A stretch of 64,000 nucleotides of DNA from Candidatus Sulfomarinibacteraceae bacterium (GTDB taxonomy: Bacteria > Acidobacteriota > Thermoanaerobaculia > Thermoanaerobaculales > Sulfomarinibacteraceae): contig CAWCLO010000010.1 of assembly GCA_963796455.1 (NCBI GenBank), forward strand, positions 352,001-416,000. The letters are read 5' to 3'. A program made the translations under genes and the position numbers. The notes below the pieces were generated by a model. It saw nothing but the letters and a program-made list of their open reading frames with translations, searched no databases and was not told where the DNA came from. Position 1 is the stretch's first letter, and the number at the start of each line of letters is the position of its first letter. Positions 58,568-64,000 of this stretch are shown in pieces.

Positions 58568-60262
58568 TTGACGATCACGAAGGACAAAAGGTCTCGAATT
58601 CCCTGGTCGATGGTATTGATCGCCATCGTCGCCGGCGCGCTCATCGGGACTTTCCAGATCGCCAACACATCGGTCGGCTGGCACCAGGCAAGTGGCCGCT
58701 GGGTGATAACAAACGGCACGGTCCCACGACACGACCCCTTCTCCTTCACATCCAACGACGCGGAGTGGGTAGACCACGAATGGCTCTTCCAGACCGGCGT
58801 GGCCGTCATCGCCGACCTCGGCGGCGCCAGGGCCCTCAGCCTCGCGCGGTCTCTCGCCGTCGCAGCACTTACCGTCCTCCTTCTCGTTTTCGGAATTCGT
58901 AGCGGGCTGTCGCCACCGATGGCACTTCTGCTTGCGGTGGCCTGCGTCGCGGGCTCCAGACCGCGCTTTTTTCTCAGACCGGAACTGGTGACCCTGCTGG
59001 TGGTTCCTTTGGCGGTCTGGATCTTTCAACACCGAGACAACTACATTTCGAAACTGTGGCTGGGCCTCCTGGCTGGCCTCATGGTTCTCGGCGCGAACGC
59101 CCATGGAGGGGCCCTGGTCGTGCCAATCCTCCTGACCGGAATCCTGGTCGCCGAGATGGGTGAAATGACGATCCTGGGTCATTTCAGCCCGCAAGCGGTG
59201 AAGAGTGGAATTCTCGGCATCGTGACGGCAACCGGCGCACTTCTGGTCAACCCCTATGGGTGGCGGCTCTTTGTCGTGCCCTTTCGGTTGACCGAACTGG
59301 TTGATCAACCACATATTCCAAACCCGGAGTGGATCCCCCCGACCGTTCAGAGTACCCCGGCGCTCTTTGTCGTCATCGTCGCCGCCACGCTGATTCTCGG
59401 GTTTCATGAACGACGTGCCTGCCGCTGGAGTCTGTTCATCATGGCGGTCGGGTTGGCCATGCGCCACATAAGGAACATGGGCCTTTTTTATGTGCTGCTC
59501 CCACTGGCGGTCGCACCCTCGCTGGCGAGATGGCGATTTTTTGCCGTCGAATCCGAGGCCTCGACCTTCAGGCGCGGGGGCCGCGCCCTCGCAGCACTGG
59601 CGGCCCTGGTCCTGGCGGCGTCAGTCGCGGCCTCTTCGTGGCCCGTATTCGGCCTGGGTTATGCCGCCGGCTACTATCCTTCGAAGGCCTGTGATTTCCT
59701 GGATGCGGAGAATCTGCCACACGACCAGCTCTACAACGACGTCCGTTTCGGTGGATATCTGATCAACCGCTACGGCCCCGACCGGGGCGTCTTTCAAGAC
59801 GACCGGAACGAGATCCACGATGCTCTGTTGCGTGATATCTGGGAGATTTTTGGCCGGTCGGATGTCGCCTCCTGGTCGGCCCTCCTCGAGCACCACGGAG
59901 CGGATACGGCCCTGGTCAAATACCACCCCGCGATCATGGTCACCACACCCGATGGCAAAGCTCTCGGAGAACGCGGATTTTCGGCACTTTGGTTTCCCTC
60001 GACCGAGTGGGCCCTGGTTTATTGGGACGACATCGCCATGGTTTTTGTACGACGGGCGACCGCCAGTAAAGATCTTCTTGCGGCCCACGAATACCCGGTC
60101 ATCCGTCCCGATGATCTGGAATACCTGCTCCAGCGGATCGGACCGGATCCCGAATTGAAGGCGCGGGTTGCGCTCGAGGTCGAACGAGCTTTGAATGAGA
60201 ACCCGGGCAACGGTCTCGCTCGCAGGCTCGCGCGGAGCATCTCTCGGATTACTGATCCCTGA
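58568..60262 (+). CDS. GT-C-like polytopic membrane protein
   Basis: 'WHQASGRW...DPFSFT...WVDHEWLFQ', 'RPEL', 'NAHGG', 'FGGYLI'; SD GGAGG before TTG. Confidence 0.7.
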   Translation: MTITKDKRSRIPWSMVLIAIVAGALIGTFQIANTSVGWHQASGRWVITNGTVPRHDPFSFTSNDAEWVDHEWLFQTGVAVIADLGGARALSLARSLAVAALTVLLLVFGIRSGLSPPMALLLAVACVAGSRPRFFLRPELVTLLVVPLAVWIFQHRDNYISKLWLGLLAGLMVLGANAHGGALVVPILLTGILVAEMGEMTILGHFSPQAVKSGILGIVTATGALLVNPYGWRLFVVPFRLTELVDQPHIPNPEWIPPTVQSTPALFVVIVAATLILGFHERRACRWSLFIMAVGLAMRHIRNMGLFYVLLPLAVAPSLARWRFFAVESEASTFRRGGRALAALAALVLAASVAASSWPVFGLGYAAGYYPSKACDFLDAENLPHDQLYNDVRFGGYLINRYGPDRGVFQDDRNEIHDALLRDIWEIFGRSDVASWSALLEHHGADTALVKYHPAIMVTTPDGKALGERGFSALWFPSTEWALVYWDDIAMVFVRRATASKDLLAAHEYPVIRPDDLEYLLQRIGPDPELKARVALEVERALNENPGNGLARRLARSISRITDP

Positions 60263-61109
60263 TGACTTTGTATGAGACCAATTGGCAGCTTTCCGGATCG
60301 ATGCCATAGGCATTCTGCGAAAAATCGAGCGGAACCTGCTGGATCAATCCGGCTCGGATGAGACCTCCCCAGCCATCGCTGCAGGAACCGTTGCGCGAGA
60401 CCAAGGTGTCGATCAAGGGCTGAATCTGCTGTCGGTCCCGGGTGAGGACCGCATCATAGAGCTTGCTCAGACACATCCTGCGATCATAGTCGTCCTCCGC
60501 CTCCACGGCGGCGGCGCGCCAATATTCGATCGAATCCTCGACCGACCACTTTCTTTCCTTATCGCGCCAGACACCGACCATTCTCTTGATCCGCCCGGGG
60601 GCGTCCGCGATCCGGGCGGCCATCTCGGCATATTCCAGGGCCGCCTCTCGATCGCGATAGCGCATGTACATGTCCCACGCGGCGAACTCGGCAAGCTCCC
60701 AGCTCTCTGGAATATTCGTAAGGCCCTTGTCAAGGAGGTTCTGGGCCGTCCGTTGGAGTCGGCCTTGATCACCGCCGGTCTGCATGCCCATGATCAGTGC
60801 ACCGATCCGATAGGCGTCGAAATATTTGGGGTCGAGGTCCGTGATGAGGTTGAAGATGGTCTCCAAATGCAGGAATCTCTCGTGCGGCTGGAAGTACGAG
60901 TAGTACTGGATCGACCAGAGATAGAGAAGATCGGCCGCAAGTCCGGGATTCCCGAGACTCATGATCTTCAGTGCTTCATGTGACGGAAGATAGAGCAGTT
61001 CGCGGCCGAGGGGATCTGTTCGTTCGATTGCACCCAGACGCAGTTCAGCCACGACGGCAATGCTGAGCAAAACGGCGACGACTGCGAGGCTCGCGATTGT
61101 CTTTTTCAC
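60249..61109 (-). CDS. PilG-like accessory membrane-anchored protein
   Basis: N-terminal TM, 'LYLPS', 'ADLLYLWSIQYY', 'ITDLDPKYFDAY'; translationally coupled to the ABC pair. Confidence 0.55.
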   Translation of the reverse strand: MKKTIASLAVVAVLLSIAVVAELRLGAIERTDPLGRELLYLPSHEALKIMSLGNPGLAADLLYLWSIQYYSYFQPHERFLHLETIFNLITDLDPKYFDAYRIGALIMGMQTGGDQGRLQRTAQNLLDKGLTNIPESWELAEFAAWDMYMRYRDREAALEYAEMAARIADAPGRIKRMVGVWRDKERKWSVEDSIEYWRAAAVEAEDDYDRRMCLSKLYDAVLTRDRQQIQPLIDTLVSRNGSCSDGWGGLIRAGLIQQVPLDFSQNAYGIDPESCQLVSYKVIRDQ

Positions 61110-61873
61110 TTCAGGTCCTTGGAGCTGAAACGAAGATTTGCAAGAAAGAGAACCACGGCCACGAATGCGAAGGCATAGATGAAGGCCCAGCCCACCGCGA
61201 CATTGGAGATCGGCAACCCGTGCACCACCTCGGTCCTGAAATTGAAGCGCTCGAGATTGGGGACCAGATAATAAACGATGGCAATCAGTGCCTGGGCCAT
61301 TTTACCCGGCAGCTGCCGGGTGAGCATCCACAGATCCGCGGACATATGACCGACCACAAAAACGCCGAGGGTCATCAGTGAACCGAGGATCGGCCGTGTC
61401 AGAACAGCAAAGAAGGTGGCAAAGGCTGCGAGCACCAACATCTCGAGCATGGTCATACAGGCTGCGAAAACCAGCATCAGATCAAACTCTTTGGTGTAGA
61501 TCAACACCGTGGTCAGCAGCACGGTTGTAAGGAACAGGAGATTCGCACAAACGATGGCCACCAGACCGAAGTACTTACCAAGGACGAACTGCCACCTCGA
61601 AACGGGCTTGGAGAGAATGTTGAACACAGTGCGGCTGTCGACCTCGCGGCTGATCAACAACATACTCATCATCACGGCGATCAACATCGAGAAAAACTGC
61701 ATGGCCGCGAGTCCGATGTCCTTGACGATCTTCGCTTCGTCGCCAACCGTCAGCATTCCGAAAATTTTGGTGCTGACCATCATCACTACAGCAAAACCGA
61801 CAAAGAGATAAAGAATGCGATCACGGATCGCTTCACGGAAGGTATTGATTGCGATGGCACGGATCGCTCTCAT
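61106..61873 (-). CDS. ABC-2 permease (PilI-like)
   Basis: 'NTFREAIRDRILY', 'ILSKPVSRWQFVLGKY'. Confidence 0.85.
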   Translation of the reverse strand: MRAIRAIAINTFREAIRDRILYLFVGFAVVMMVSTKIFGMLTVGDEAKIVKDIGLAAMQFFSMLIAVMMSMLLISREVDSRTVFNILSKPVSRWQFVLGKYFGLVAIVCANLLFLTTVLLTTVLIYTKEFDLMLVFAACMTMLEMLVLAAFATFFAVLTRPILGSLMTLGVFVVGHMSADLWMLTRQLPGKMAQALIAIVYYLVPNLERFNFRTEVVHGLPISNVAVGWAFIYAFAFVAVVLFLANLRFSSKDLK

Positions 61874-62793
61874 GAGCCTGCTCCTTCGTAGAGACTCATC
61901 AGGATGTCCTCGAGGGTCGCACCCACCGGATTGAGACTGACGATCCGTCCACCCCGATCAGCAAGCTCTCCGATCAAACGATCACGGTTGTCGGAACTCA
62001 CCCGAACCCAGGCCTCGCCGCTGCCCTGGTGATGCCCGAGCAGAGGCGTTGTCAATTCCTCGGGGCTGGCACCGGTAAATGTCGCTTCGTATCGTTCCGC
62101 CTCCCGCGCCACCAATTCTCTCACCGGCCCGACCCTGGCAACCTGTCCGTCCACCACGATAGCCACCCGGTCGCACAAGGCTTCCACATCCGGGATGATG
62201 TGGGAGGAGAAGAACACGGTGACCCCGGCGGAGGCCTGCGCGAGGATGATGTCGCGGACATCACGCCGACCGACCGGATCGAGGCCGCTCATCGGCTCAT
62301 CGAGGATCAACAACTCCGGTTCGCCGAGCAGGGCCTGTGCGAGATTGATCCGCTGCAACATCCCTTTGGAATAACCACCCATCGTTCGATCGCCCCGGCT
62401 CTCCATTCCCACCTCTTTGAGAACCCGGGTTATCCGTTGTTCCGTAACCTTCCGGTCGAGCCCGATCAATTCGCCGCAGAATCTGAGGAACTCGCGCCCG
62501 GACAGGTGGCGGTAGACATAGGGGCTTTCGGTCATGAAACCGAGCCTCTGTTTTGCTTCAAATGAGGTATGAGGGAGGCCGCAGACCGTAATGCTTCCGG
62601 AATCGAGATAAATCAGATCGGTTATTGCCTTGATCGTGGTCGTCTTTCCTGCACCGTTTGGACCCAGGAACCCAAAGATCTCGCCCCGTTCGACCGTCAG
62701 GCTGAGACCCTTCAGAACCTCCACATCGGCCTCGAACAGACCTGGATGGAACGTCTTTCGCAGATCCTCGACGATTAATTGTGTGTCACCCAT
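61870..62793 (-). CDS. ABC transporter ATPase (PilH-like)
   Basis: 'GPNGAGKTT', 'YSKGMLQR', 'LDEPMSGLDP'; TATAAT on - strand at 62828-62823. Confidence 0.92.
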   Translation of the reverse strand: MGDTQLIVEDLRKTFHPGLFEADVEVLKGLSLTVERGEIFGFLGPNGAGKTTTIKAITDLIYLDSGSITVCGLPHTSFEAKQRLGFMTESPYVYRHLSGREFLRFCGELIGLDRKVTEQRITRVLKEVGMESRGDRTMGGYSKGMLQRINLAQALLGEPELLILDEPMSGLDPVGRRDVRDIILAQASAGVTVFFSSHIIPDVEALCDRVAIVVDGQVARVGPVRELVAREAERYEATFTGASPEELTTPLLGHHQGSGEAWVRVSSDNRDRLIGELADRGGRIVSLNPVGATLEDILMSLYEGAGS

Positions 62794-62936
62794 CAAGATT
62801 CCCCCTGCGATCAGCACTGACAATTATAGCGAGAGTTTGGAGCGTGCGAAAAAAGCTGGCTCGACTCCCGACAGGCCAAATCAATTCGGAAATTCGGCCA
62901 GCATGCGATAATGGTTGATTGGAAGGGAGAAGAGCC

Positions 62937-63464
62937 ATGTCCGACTTCACTCCGATGGACATTCTCGGAAAGAAGTTTTCCAAGAAACTCCACGGCTATG
63001 CCGAGATGGAAGTTCACGAATACCTCACGGATCTCGCGCGTGCCATGGAGACCTTGATTCGTGAACGAGGCGAGCTCAAACAAACAACCCACCACCTGGA
63101 GCAGGAGTTGAGCGCTTTTCGCGAGCGCGAAACCGCACTCAAAGAGGCGCTCGTGGCCGCGCAGCGTTCGGCGGAGACCACGATCGAGGTGGCCCGGGTC
63201 GAAGGTCAACGCATCGTCAACGATGGACACGGTCTGGCCGAGAGGCTCGTTACGGAAGCAAACGAACGCGCTCAGAACATCGAGCGCGTCATGTCGGACA
63301 TGCGCAACAGACGGCGGGAAATCCGCTCCGAGCTCATGCGGATGGTCGAGTTGCTTCAGGGTCTGGTCGACGATGATCAGCGTCGCGAGCGCGAAGAACG
63401 CTCCGTTCCGCAACTGGCGACCTTCTCTCGGCGAGGAACGGACTCTCAAGAGAACCAGGGATGA
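62937..63464 (+). CDS. DivIVA-domain protein
   Basis: 'FTPMDI..KKFSKKLHGY..EV..YL' followed by a coiled coil. Confidence 0.9.
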   Translation: MSDFTPMDILGKKFSKKLHGYAEMEVHEYLTDLARAMETLIRERGELKQTTHHLEQELSAFRERETALKEALVAAQRSAETTIEVARVEGQRIVNDGHGLAERLVTEANERAQNIERVMSDMRNRRREIRSELMRMVELLQGLVDDDQRREREERSVPQLATFSRRGTDSQENQG

Positions 63465-64000
63465 GCCTACTCGTCCGGGGAGCCCACCAAATCGTCTCAC
63501 CCTCCGGATGCGCTGCGCGCCGCCGGGGCGAGTTCGCGGCTCTCCATATCATCCCGAACGCAGTCGTGCGTTGCGAATCGGGGCGCATCGTCTTCGTCGG
63601 AGATGAGGCCGAACACCGGCAGCGCTTCAGCCCGAGCGACCAGGAGCTGGACGTCGAAGGGGGCTGCATCCTCCCGGGCTTTGTCGACCCCCACACCCAC
63701 CCGGTCTGGGCCGGTTCCAGGGAAGATGAATTCGACCGACGCCTGCGCGGCGAGAGCTATATGGACATCGCCCGTTCGGGCGGCGGCATCAATTCGACGG
63801 TGAAGGCCACTCGAGCGGCTTCATCCGACGAACTGCTGGGCTCTACCCTCCATCGTCTCGACAATTTTTTGAGTCACGGCACCACCACCATCGAAGCCAA
63901 GTCCGGATATGGTCTCGATCTTCCGACCGAGATTCGCATGCTCGAGGTCATCCGCCAGGCCGACTCCCGCCACCCTGTCGACCTCCACCCCACCTGTCTC
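63461..64000 (+). CDS. hutI: Imidazolonepropionase (3' truncated by window; absent from ORF track)
   Basis: Manual translation gives 'PGFVDPHTH...GSREDEF...GGGINSTV...GTTTIEAKSGYGL'. Confidence 0.93.
   Translation, partial: MSLLVRGAHQIVSPSGCAARRRGEFAALHIIPNAVVRCESGRIVFVGDEAEHRQRFSPSDQELDVEGGCILPGFVDPHTHPVWAGSREDEFDRRLRGESYMDIARSGGGINSTVKATRAASSDELLGSTLHRLDNFLSHGTTTIEAKSGYGLDLPTEIRMLEVIRQADSRHPVDLHPTCL

Overview
GC-rich bacterial chromosomal window; an Acidobacteriota/Thermoanaerobaculia-like origin is my impression from gene content, not a result. Most of it (about 6-49 kb) is a cell-surface glycosylation island: GT2/GT4 glycosyltransferases, WecA/MraY, asnB, rfbC/rfbD, two wzm/wzt ABC exporters, a methyltransferase-kinase fusion resembling WbdD, a neuB-kdsC-SDR-ALDH-neuA-transketolase ulosonate operon, a ColD/Fcl pair, two O-antigen-ligase-like and about six GT-C-like membrane proteins. 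Type IV pilus genes are interleaved (prepilin peptidase, sigma54-preceded pilin, PilGHI-like ABC system). Housekeeping genes flank it (tldD/pmbA-like, ychF, selA, rsmI, slt, trxB, A-type Fe-S carrier, def, DivIVA, hutI). The most unusual structure is a ~0.83-kb element at 973-1798: a four-helix-bundle (IVP/Avd-like) gene with its RBS inside a long hairpin, bounded by an 18-bp inverted repeat, GGGATC-type tandem repeats and conserved outer arms. A diverged second copy at ~45766-46184 keeps the outer arms in the same orientation, but its inner segment is inverted and internally deleted at a GATCARGT microhomology. No transposase, recombinase or reverse transcriptase is seen in the window. Dense frameshifts at 33.6-36.3 kb and single ones near 8.1 and 38.25 kb look like consensus indel errors. 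All alignments and counts were done by eye.
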